From the human T2T-CHM13v2.0 reference genome, Homo sapiens: DNA of 64,000 nucleotides. Shown one piece after another: positions 1-12,374 of the stretch. The DNA is taken from NCBI RefSeq assembly GCF_009914755.1, contig NC_060933.1; one strand, 5' to 3'. The notes beneath the pieces are model-generated. The model had not been told where the DNA came from. It saw nothing but the letters and a program-made list of their open reading frames with translations, and searched no databases. A program made the position numbers and the translations under genes. Each line of letters opens with the position of its first letter. The stretch's first letter is position 1.

Positions 1-3000
1 ATGGAACGGAAAGGAATGGAATGGAATGGAATGGAATGGAATGGAATCAACGCGAGTGCAGGGGAATGGAATGGAATGGAATGCAATGGAATGGAATCTT
101 CCGGAATGGAATGGAATGGAATGGAATGGAATGGAATTGAATGGAATCAACCCGATTGCAATGGAATGGAGTGGAATGGAATGGAATGGAATGGAACAAC
201 CCGAATGGAATGGAATGTAATGGAGAGTAAGGGAGTTGAATAGAATCAATCCGAATGTAATGGAATGGAATGGAACGGAATGGAATTGAATGGAATGGAA
301 TGGAATGCAATGGAATGGAATCAACCCGAGTGCAATGGAATGGAGAGGAATGGAATGGAATGCAATGGAAACTACCCGAATGGAATGTAATGGAGTTTAA
401 GGGAATTGAATAGAATCAATCCGAATGTAATGGAATGGAATGGAACGGAATGGAATGGAATGGAATGGAATGGAATGTAATGGAATGCAATGGAATGGAA
501 TCAACCCGAGTGCAATCAAATGGAATCGAATGGAATGGAATGCAATGGAATGGATTCAACTTGAATGGAATGGAAAGAATGGAATCAACACGAGTGGAAT
601 GGCATGGATTGGAATGGAATGGAATGGAATCAACCCGAGTACAGGGGAATGGAATGGAATGGAATGCAATGGAATGGAATCAACCGTAATGGAATGGAAA
701 GGAATGGAATGGAATGGAATGGAATGGAATGGAATGGAATGGAATGGAATCAACTCGATTGCAATCGAATGGAATGGAATGGAATTAACCCGAATAGAAT
801 GGAATGGAATGGAATGGAACGGAACGGAATGGAATGGAATGGAATGGAATGGAATGGAATGGAACGGAACGGAATGGAATGGAATGTAATGGAATGGAAT
901 CAACGCGAGTGCAGGGGAATGGAATGGAATGGAATGCAATGGAATGGAATCTTCCGGAATGGAATGAAATGGAATGGAATGGAATGAAATGCAATGGATT
1001 CAACTCGATTGCAATGGAATGGAATAGAATGGAATGGAATGGAATGGAATGGAATTAATCCGAATAGAATGGAATGGAATGCAATGGAACGGAATGGAAC
1101 GGAATGGAATGGAATGGAATGGAATGGAATGCAATTGTATGGAATGGAATGGAATGGTACGGAATAGAATGGAATGGAACGAATTGTAATGGAATGGAAT
1201 TGAATGGAATGGAATGGAACGGAATGGAATCAACGCGAGTGCAGGGGAATGTAATGGAAAGGAATGCAATGGAATGGAATCATCCGGAATGGAATGGAAT
1301 GGAATGGAATGGAATGGAATGGAATCAACCCGAGTGCAATGGAATGGAGTGGAATGGAATGGAATGGAATGGAACAACCAGAATGGAATGGAATGTAATG
1401 GAGTGTAAGGGAGTTGAATAGAATCAATCCGAATGTAATGGAATGGAATGCAACGGAATGGAATGGAATGGAATGGAATTGAATGCAATGGAATTGAATC
1501 AACCCGAGCACAGTGGAATGGAATGGAATGGAATGGAATGGAATGGAATGGAATGGAATGATACGGAATAGAATGGAATGGAACGAAATGGAATGGAATG
1601 GAATGGAATGGAATGGAATGGAATGGAATGGAATCAACCCGAGTGCAGGGGAATGGAATGGAATGGAATGCAAAGGAATGAAATCATCCGGAATGGAATG
1701 GAATGGAATGGAATGCAAAGCAATGGAATCAACTCGATTGCAATGGAATGGAATGGAATGGAAAGGAATACATTGGAATCAACCCGAGTGGAATGGAATG
1801 GAAAGGACTGGAATGGAGTGGAATGGAATGGAATGGAATGGAATGGAATCAAATCGATTGGAATGGAATGGAATGGAATGGAATTAACCCGAATAGAATG
1901 GAATGGAATGGAATGGAACGGAACGGAATGGAATGGAATGGAATGGAATGGAATGGATGGAATGGAATGGAATCAACCCGACTGCAGGGGAATGGAATGG
2001 AATGGAAGGCAATGGAATGGATTCAACTTGAATGGAATGGAAAGAATGGAATCAGCACGAGTGGAATGGCATGGATTGGAATGGAATGGAATGGAATCAA
2101 CCCGAGTACAGGGGAATGGAATGAAATGGAATGCAATGTAATGGAATCATCCGTAATGGAATGGAAAGGAATGGAATGGAATGGAATGGAATGGAATGGA
2201 ATGGAATGGAATCAACTCGATTGCAATCGAATGGAATGGAATGGAATTAACCCGAATAGAATGGAATGGAATGGAATGGAACGGAACGAAACGGAACGGA
2301 ACGGAGTGGAATGGAATGGAATGGAATTGTATGGAATGGAATGGCATGGTACGGAATAGAATGGAATGGAAAGAATTGGAATGGAATGGAATCGAATAGA
2401 ATGGAATGGAATGGAATGGAATCAACCCGAGTGCAATGGAATGGAGTGGAATGGAATGGAATGGAATGGAACAACCCGAATGGAATGGAATGTAATGGAG
2501 AGTAAGGGAGTTGAATAGAATCAATCCGAATGTAATGGAATGAAACGGAATGGAATGGAATGGAATGGAATGGAACGGAATGGAATGGAATGGAATGGAA
2601 TGCAATGGAATGGAATCAACCCGAGTACAATGGAACGGAATGGAATGGAATGTAATGGAGTCTAAGGGAATTGAATAGAATCAATCCGAATGTAATGGAA
2701 TGGAATGGAACGGAATGGAATGGAATGGAATGGAATGGAATGGAATGGAATGGAATGCAGTGGAATGGAATCAACCCGACTGCAATCGAATGGAATCGAA
2801 TGGAATGGAATGCAATGGAATGGAACGGAACGGATTGGAATGGAATGGAATGGAATGGAATGGAACGGAAAGGAAGGGAGTGGAATGGAATAGAATGGAA
2901 TGGAATGGAATCAACGCGAGTGCAGGGGAATGGAATGGAATGGAATGCAATGGAATGGAATCTTCCGGAATGGAATGGAAAGGAATGGAATGGAATGGAA

Positions 3001-4450
3001 TGGAATCAACCCGAGTGCAATGGAATGGAGTGGAATGGAATGGAATGGAATGGAACAACCCGAATGGAATGGAATGTAATGGAGAGTAAGGGAGTTGAAT
3101 AGAATCAATCCGAATGTAATGGAATGGAATGGAACGGAATGGAATTGAATGGAATGGAATGGAATGCAATGGAATGGAATCAACCCGAGTGCAATGGAAT
3201 GGAGAGGAATGGAATGGAATGCAATGGAAACTACCCGAATCGAATGTAATGGAGTGTAAGGGAATTGAATAGAATCAATCCGAATGTAATGGAATGGAAT
3301 GGAACGGAATGGAATGGAATGGAATGGAATGGAATGGAATGCAATGGAATGGAATCAACCCGAGTGCAATCAAATGGAATCGAATGGAATGGAATGCAAT
3401 GGAATGGATTCAACTTGAATGGAATGGAAAGAATGGAATCAACACGAGTGGAATGGCATGGATTGGAATGGAATGGAATGGAATCAACCCGAGTACAGGG
3501 GAATGGAATGGAATGGAATGCAATGGAATGGAATCAACCGTAATGGAATGGAAAGGAATGGAATGGAATGGAATGGAATGGAATGGAATGGAATCAACTC
3601 GATTGCCATCGAATGGAATGGAATGGAATTAACCCGAATAGAATGGAATGGAATGGAATGGAACGGAACGGAATGGAATGGAATGGAATGGAATGGAATG
3701 GAACGGAACGGAATGGAATGGAATGGAATGGAATGGAATCAACGCGAGTGCAGGGGAATGGAATGGAATGGAATGCAATGGAATGGAATTTTCCGGAATG
3801 GAATGGAATGGAATGGAATGGAATGAAATGCAATGGATTCAACTCGATTGCAATGGAATGGAATAGAATGGAATGGAATGGAATGGAATTAATCCGAATA
3901 GAATGGAATGGAATGCAATGGAACGGAATGGAACGGAATGGAATGGAATGGAATGGAATGGAATTGTATGGAACGTAATGGAATGGTACGGAATAGAATG
4001 GAATGGAACGAATTGTAATGGAATGGAATTGAATGGAATGGAATGGAATGGAATGGAATCAACACGAGTGCAGGGGAATGTAATGGAAAGGAATGCAATG
4101 GAATGGAATCATCCGGAATGGAATGGAATGGAATGGAATGGAATGGAATCAACCCGAGTGCAATGGAATGGAGTGGAATGGAATGGAATGGAATGGAACA
4201 ACCCGAATGGAATGGAATGTAATGGAGAGTAAGGTAGTTGAATAGAATCAATCCGAATGTAATGGAATGGAATGCAACGGAATGGAATGGAATGGAATGG
4301 AATGGAATGCAATGGAATTGAATCAACCCGAGTACAATGGAATGGAATGGAATGGAATGGAATGGAATGGAATGGAATGGAATGGAATGATACGGAATAG
4401 AATGGAATGGAACGAAATGGAATGGAATGGAATGGAATGGAATGGAATGG
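1..4450 (+). repeat. Older ~2.85-kb-offset duplication (~1-1600 vs ~2860-4450), also paralogous to HOR positions ~9370-11550
   Basis: CAATCAAATGG is at ~513/3368/9879. CAACCGTAAT is at ~681/3535/10047. GATACGGAATAG is at ~1560/4389/10937. There are more substitutions than between HOR units. Confidence 0.75.
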
Positions 4451-4739
4451 AATCGTTCCGAGTGGAATAGGAGGGAATGTATTCGAGTGGAATGGAAAGG
4501 AATGGTATCAACCAGAGTGGAATGGAAGGGAATGGAATGGAATGGAAACTAATAGAATGGAATCAACCCGAGTGGAATGGAATGGAAAGGACTGGAATGG
4601 AATGGAATGGAATGGAATCAACTAGATTGTAATGGAATGGAATGGAATGGAATGGAATGGAATGGAATTAACCCGAATAAAATGGAATGGAATGGAATGG
4701 AACGGAATGGAGTGGAATGGAATGGAATCAATCCGAGTG

Positions 4740-7700
4740 CAGGGGAATGGAATGGAATGGAATGCAATGGAATGGAATCATCCGGAATGGAATGGAATGG
4801 AATGGAATGCAAAGCAATGGAATCAACTCGATTGCAATGGAATGGAATGGAATGGAAAGGAATACATTGGAATCAACCCGAGTGGAATGGAATGGAAAGG
4901 ACTGGAATGGAGTGGAATGGAATGGAATGGAATGGAATGGAATCAACTCGATTGGAATGGAATGGAATGGAATGGAATGGAATGGAATGGAATTAACCCG
5001 AATAGAATGGAATGGAATGGAATGGAACGGAACGGAATGGAATGGAATGGAATGGAATGGAATGGAATGGAAACAACCCGACAGCAGGGGAATGGAATGG
5101 AATGGAATGGAAACAACCCGACTGCAGGGGAATGGAATGGAATGGAATGCAAAGGAATGGATTCAACTTGAATGAAATGGAAAGAATGGGATCAACACGA
5201 GTGGAATGGCATGGATTGGAATGGAATGGAATGGAATCAACCCGAGTACAGAGGAATGGAATGGAATGGAATGCAATGGAATGGAATCATCCGTAATGGA
5301 ATGGAAAGGAATGGAATGGAATGGAATGGAATGGAATGGAATCAACTCGATTGCAATCGAACGGAATGGAATGGAATTAACCCGAATAGAATGGAATGGA
5401 ATGGAATGGAACGGAACGGAACGGAATGGAATGGATTGGAATGGAATGGAATGGAATGGAATGGAACGGAAAGGAATGGAATGGAATGGAATGGAATGGA
5501 ATGGAATGGAATGGAATCAACGCGAGTGCAGGGGAATGGAATGGAATGGAATGCAATGGAATGGAATCTTCCGGAATGGAATGGAATGGAATGGAATGGA
5601 ATGGAATGGAATGGAATAAACCCGAGTGCAATGGAATGGAGTGGAATGGAATGGAATGGAATGGAACAACCCGAATGGAATGTAATGTAATGGAGAGTAA
5701 GGGAGTTGAATAGAATCAATCCAAATGTAATGGAATGGAATGGAACGGAGTGGAATTGAATGGAATGGAATGGAATGGAATGGAATGGAATCAACCCGAG
5801 TTCAATGGAATGGAGAGGAATGGAATGGAATGGAATGGAAACTACCCGAATGGAATGGAATGTAATGGAGTCTAAGGGAATTGAATAGAATCAATCCGAA
5901 TGTAATGGAATGGAATGGAACGGAATGGAATGGAATGGAATGGAATGGAATGGAATGGAACGGAATGCAGTGGAATGGAATCAACCCGAGTGTAATCGAA
6001 TGGAATCGAATGGAATGGAATGCAATGGAATGGATTCAACTTGAATGGAATGGAAAGAATGGAATCAACACGAGTGGAATGGCATGGATTGGAATGTAAT
6101 GGAATGGAATCAACCCGAGTACAGCGGAATGGAATGGAATGGAATGCAATGGAATGGAATCATCCGTAATGGAATGGAAAGGAATGGAATGGAATGGAAT
6201 GGAATGGAATGGAATGGAATCAACTCGATTGCAATCGAATGGAATGGAGTGGAATTAACCCGAATAGAATGGAATGGAATGGAATGGAACGGAACGGAAC
6301 GGAATGGAATGGAATGGAATGGAATGGAACGGAAAGGAAGGGAATGGGATGGAATAGAATGGAATGGAATGGAATCAACGCGAGTGCAGGGGAATGGAAT
6401 GGAATGGAATGGAATGGAATGGAATGGAATGGAATGGAATGGAATGGAATCAACCCGAGTGCAATGGAATGGAGTGGAATGGAATGGAATGGAATGGAAC
6501 AACCCGAATGGAATGGAATGTAATGGAGACTAAGGGAGTTGAATAGAATCAATCCGAATGTAATGGAATGGAACGGAATGGAATGGAATGGAATGGAATG
6601 GAATGGAATGGAATGCAATGGAATGGAATCAACCCGAGTACAATGGAACGGAATGGAATGGAATGTAATGTAATGGAATGGAATGGAATGGAATGGAATG
6701 GAATGGAATGGAATGGAATCAACCCGAGTGCAATGGAATGGAGAGGAATGGAATGGAATGGAATGGAAACTACCCGAATGGAATGGAATGTAATGGAGCG
6801 TAAGGGAATTGAATAGAATCAATCCGAATGGAATGGAATGGAATGGAACGGAATGTAATGGAATGGAATGAAATGGATTCAACCCGAGTGCAGGCGAATG
6901 GAATGGAATGGAATGCAATGGAATGGAATCATCCGGAATGGAATGGAATGGAATGCAATGGAATGGAATGGAATGGAATCAACCCGAGTGCAATGGAATG
7001 GAGTGAAATGGAATGGAATGGAATGGAAACAACCAGAATGGATTGGAATATATTGGAGTGTAAGGGAATTGAATAGAATCAATCTGAATGTAATGAAATG
7101 GAATGGAACGGAATGGAATGGAATGGAATGGAATGCAATGGAATGGTATCAACCCGAGTGCAATCGAATGGAATCGAATGGAATGGAATGCAATGGAATG
7201 GATTCAACTTGAATGGAAAGGAAAGAATGGAATCAACACGAGTGCAATGGCATGGATTGGAATGGAATGGAATGGAATCAACCCGAGTACAGGGGAATGG
7301 AATAGAATGGAATGCAATAGAATGGAATCATCAGTAATGGAATGGAAAGGAATGGAAAGGACTGGAATGGAATGGAATGGAATGGAATGGAATGGAATCA
7401 ACTCGATTGCAATCGAAAGTATGGAATGGAATGGAATCAACTCGATTGCAATCGAATGGAATGGAATGGAATTAACCCGAATAGAATGGAATGGAATGGT
7501 ATGGAACGGAACGGAATGGAATGGAATGGAATGGAACGGAAAGGAATGGAATGGAATGGAATGAATGGAATGGAATGGAATGGAATGGAATCAACGCGCG
7601 TGCAGGGGAATGGAATGGAATCGAATGGAATGGAAAGGAATGGAATGGAATCAACCCGAGTGCAGGGGAATGTAATGGAACGGAATGCAATGGAATGGAA

Positions 7701-10700
7701 TCATCCGGAATGGAATGGAATGGAATCAACCCGAGTGCAATGGAATGGAGTGGAATGGAATGGAATGGAATGGAACAACCCGAATGGAATGGAATGTAAT
7801 GGAGAGTAAGGGAGTTGAAAAGAATCAATCCGAATGTAATGGAATGGAATGGAACGGAATGGAATGGAATGGAATGGAATGCAATGGAATGGAATCAACC
7901 CGAGTACAATGGAATGGAATGGAATGGAATGGAATGGAATGGAATGGAATGCAATGGAATGGAATCTTCCGGAATGGAATGGAATGGAATGGAATGGAAT
8001 GCAATGGATTCAACTAGATTGCAATGGAATGGAATAGAATGGAATGGAATGGAATGGAATGGAATTAAACCGAATAGAATGGAATGGAATGGAATGGAAC
8101 GGAACAGAACGGAAAGGAACGGAACGGAGTGGAATGGAATGGAATGGAATTGTATGGAATGGAATGGAATGGTACGGAATAGAATGGAATGGAAAGAATT
8201 GGAATGGAATGGAATCGAATGGAATGGAATGGAATGGAATGGAATCAACCCGAGTGCAAGGGAGTGTAATGGAACGGAATGCAATGGAATGGAATCATCC
8301 GGAATGGAATGGAATGGAATGGAGTGGAATGGAATGGAATGGAATGGAACAACCCGAATGGAATGGAATGGAATGGAGAGTAAGCGAGCTGAATAGAATC
8401 AATCCGAATGTAATGGAATGGAACGGAATGGAATGGAATGGAATGGAATGGAATGGAATGGAATGGAATGCAATGGAATGGAATCAACCCGAGTACAAAG
8501 GAAAGGAATGGAATGTAATGGAATGGAATGGAATGGAATGGAATGGAATGGAATGGAATGGAATCAACCCGAGTGCAATGGAATGGAGAGGAATGGAATG
8601 GAATGGAATGCAATGGAATGGAATCATCCGGAATGGAATGGAATGGAATGGAATGCAAACCAATGGAATCAACTCGATTGCAATGGAATGGAATGGAATG
8701 GAAAGGAATACATTGGAATCAACCCGAGTGGAATGGAATGGAAAGGACTGGAATGGAGTGGAATGGAATGGAATGGAATGGAATGGAATCAACTCGATTG
8801 GAATGGAATGGAATGGAATGGAATGGAATGGAATGGAATGGAATGGAATCAACCCGAGTTCAATGGAATGGAGAGGAATGGAATGGAATGGAATGGAAAC
8901 TACCCGAATGGAATGGAATGTAATGGAGTCTAAGGGAATTGAATAGAATCAATCCGAATGTAATGGAATGGAATGGAACGGAATGGAATGGAATGGAATG
9001 GAATGGAATGGAATGCAGTGGAATGGAATCAACCCGAGTGCAATCGAATGGAATCGAATGGAATGGAATGCAATGGAATGGATTCAACTTGAATGGAATG
9101 GAAAGAATGGAATCAACACGAGTGGAATGGCATGGATTGGAATGGAATGGAATGGAATCAACCCGAGTACAGCGGAATGGAATGGAATGGAATGCAATGG
9201 AATGGAATCATCCATAATGGAATGGAAAGGAATGGAATGGAATGGAATGGAATGGAATGGAATCAACTCGATTGCAATCGAATGGAATGGAGTGGAATTA
9301 ACCCGAATAGAATGGAATGGAATGGAATGGAACGGAACGGAACGGAATGGAATGGAATGGAATGGAATGGAACGGAAAGGAAGGGAATGGAATGGAATAG
9401 AATGGAATGGAATGGAATCAACGCGAGTGCAGGGGAATGGAATGGAATGGAATGCAATGGAATGGAATCTTCCGGAATGGAATGGAATGGAATGGAATGG
9501 AATTGAATGGAATCAACCCGATTGCAATGGAATGGAGTGGAATGGAATGGAATGGAATGGAACAACCCGAATGGAATGGAATGTAATGGAGAGTAAGGGA
9601 GTTGAATAGAATCAATCCGAATGTAATGGAATGGAATGGAACGGAATGGAATTGAATGGAATGGAATGGAATGCAATGGAATGGAATCAACCCGAGTGCA
9701 ATGGAATGGAGAGGAATGGAATGGAATGCAATGGAAACTACCCGAATGGAATGTAATGGAGTGTAAGGGAATTGAATAGAATCAATCCGAATGTAATGGA
9801 ATGGAATGGAACGGAATGGAATGGAATGGAATGGAATGGAATGGAATGGAATGCAATGGAATGGAATCAACCCGAGTGCAATCAAATGGAATCGAATGGA
9901 ATGGAATGCAATGGAATGGATTCAACTTGAATGGAATGGAAAGAATGGAATCAACACGAGTGGAATGGCATGGATTGGAATGGAATGGAATGGAATCAAC
10001 CCGAGTACAGGGGAATGGAATGGAATGGAATGCAATGGAATGGAATCAACCGTAATGGAATGGAAAGGAATGGAATGGAATGGAATGGAATGGAATGGAA
10101 TGGAATGGAATGGAATCAACTCGATTGCAATCGAATGGAATGGAATGGAATTAACCCGAATAGAATGGAATGGAATGGAATGGAACGGAACGGAATGGAA
10201 TGGAATGGAATGGAATGGAATGGAACGGAACGGAACGGAATGGAATGGAATGGAATGGAATGGAATCAACGCGAGTGCAGGGGAATGGAATGGAATGGAA
10301 TGCAATGGAATGGAATCTTCCGGAATGGAATGAAATGGAATGGAATGGAATGAAATGCAATGGATTCAACTCGATTGCAATGGAATGGAATAGAATGGAA
10401 TGGAATGGAATGGAATGGAATTAATCCGAATAGAATGGAATGGAATGCAATGGAATGGAATGGAACGGAATGGAATGGAATGGAATGGAATAGAATGGAA
10501 TTGTATGGAATGGAATGGAATGGTACGGAATAGAATGGAATGGAACGAATTGTAATGGAATGGAATTGAATGGAATGGAATGGAACGGAATGGAATCAAC
10601 GCGAGTGCAGGGGAATGTAATGGAAAGGAATGCAATGGAATGGAATCATCCGGAATGGAATGGAATGGAATGGAATGGAATGGAATCAACCCGAGTGCAA

Positions 10701-12374
10701 TGGAATGGAGTGGAATGGAATGGAATGGAATGGAACAACCAGAATGGAATGGAATGTAATGGAGAGTTAAGGGAGTTGAATAGAATCAATCCGAATGTAA
10801 TGGAATGGAATGCAACGGAATGGAATGGAATGGAATGGAATGGAATGGAATGCAATGGAATTGAATCAACCCGAGCACAGTGGAATGGAATGGAATGGAA
10901 TGGAATGGAATGGAATGGAATGGAATGGAATGGAATGATACGGAATAGAATGGAATGGAACGAAATGGAATGGAATTGAATGGAATGGAATGGAATGGAA
11001 TGGAATGGAATCAACCCGAGTGCAGGAGAATGGAATGGAATGGAATGCAAAGGAATGGAATCATCCGGAATGGAATGGAATGGAATGGAATGCAAAGCAA
11101 TGGAATCAACTCGATTGCAATGGAATGGAATGGAATGGAAAGGAATACATTGGAATCAACCCGAGTGGAATGGAAAGGAAAGGACTGGAATGGAGTGGAA
11201 TGGAATGGCATGGAATGGAATGGAATCAACTCGATTGGAATGGAATGGAATGGAATGGAATTAACCCGAATAGAATGGAATGGAATGGAATGGAACGGAA
11301 CGGAATGGAATGGAATGGAATGGAATGGAATGGAATGGAATGGAATGGAATGGAATCAACCCGACTGCAGGGGAATGGAATGGAATGGAAGGCAATGGAA
11401 TGGATTCAACTTGAATGGAATGGAAAGAATGGAATCAACACGAGTGGAATGGCATGGATTGGAATGGAATGGAATGGAATCAACCCGAGTACAGGGGAAT
11501 GGAATGGAATGGAATGCAATGGAATGGCATCATCCGTAATGGAATGGAAAGGAATGGAATGGAATGGAATGGAATGGAATGGAATGGAATGGAATGGAAT
11601 CAACGCGAGTCCAGGGGAATGTAATGGAAAGGAATGCAATGGAATGGAATCATCCGGAATGGAATGGAATGGAATGGAATGGAATGGAATCAACCCGAGT
11701 GCAATGGAATGGAGTGGAATGGAATGGAATGGAATGGAACAACCAGAATGGAATGGAATGTAATGGAGAGTAAGGGAGTTGAATAGAATCAATCCGAATG
11801 TAATGCAATGGAATGCAACGGAATGGAATGGAATGGAATGGAATGGAATGGAATGCAATGGAATTGAATCAACCCGAGTACAATGGAATGGAATGGAATG
11901 GAATGGAATGGAATGGAACGGAATGGAATGGAATGGAATGGAATGGAATGGAATCAACACGAGTGCAGGGGAATGGAATGGAAAGGAATGCAATGGAATG
12001 GAATCATCCGGAATGGAATGGAATGGAATGCAATGGAATGGAATGGAATGGAATCAACCCGAGTGCAATGGAATGGAGTGAAATGGAATGGAATGGAATG
12101 GAAACAACCAGAATGGATTGGAATATAATGGAGTGTAAGGGAATTGAATAGAATCAATCTGAATGTAATGAAATGGAAAGGAACGGAATGGAATGGAATG
12201 GAATGGAATGGAATGGAATGCAATGGAATGGAATCAACCCGAGTGCAATCGAATGGAATCGAATGGAATGGAATGCAATGGAATGGATTCAACTTGAATG
12301 GAATGGAAAGAATGGAATCAACACGAGTGGAATGGCATGGATTGGAATGGAATGGAATGGAATCAACCCGTGTA
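4740..12374 (+). repeat. HOR unit 1 (7,635 bp)
   Basis: Runs from CAGGGGAATGG...CATCCGG...GCAAAGCAAT at 4740 to the next equivalent CAGGGG at 12375. Marker order is the same as in unit 2. Confidence 0.85.

Noticed and set aside
99-106. TTCCGGAA as a STAT site or canonical heat-shock element
   Set aside because: It is one base short of the TTCNNNGAA GAS spacing and supplies only one inverted nTTCn unit. There is no evidence for a discrete regulatory site.
228-234. TAAGGG as a telomere-like repeat or G-quadruplex
   Set aside because: These are isolated single copies, never tandem TTAGGG, and runs of three or more G are too sparse for canonical G4.
222-260. Recurrent ~35-40-bp word GGAGAGTAAGGGAGTTGAATAGAATCAATCCGAATGTAAT resembling a CRISPR direct repeat
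   Set aside because: Spacing is irregular (~170 bp to over 1 kb), the intervening DNA is satellite rather than unique spacers, and there are no cas genes.
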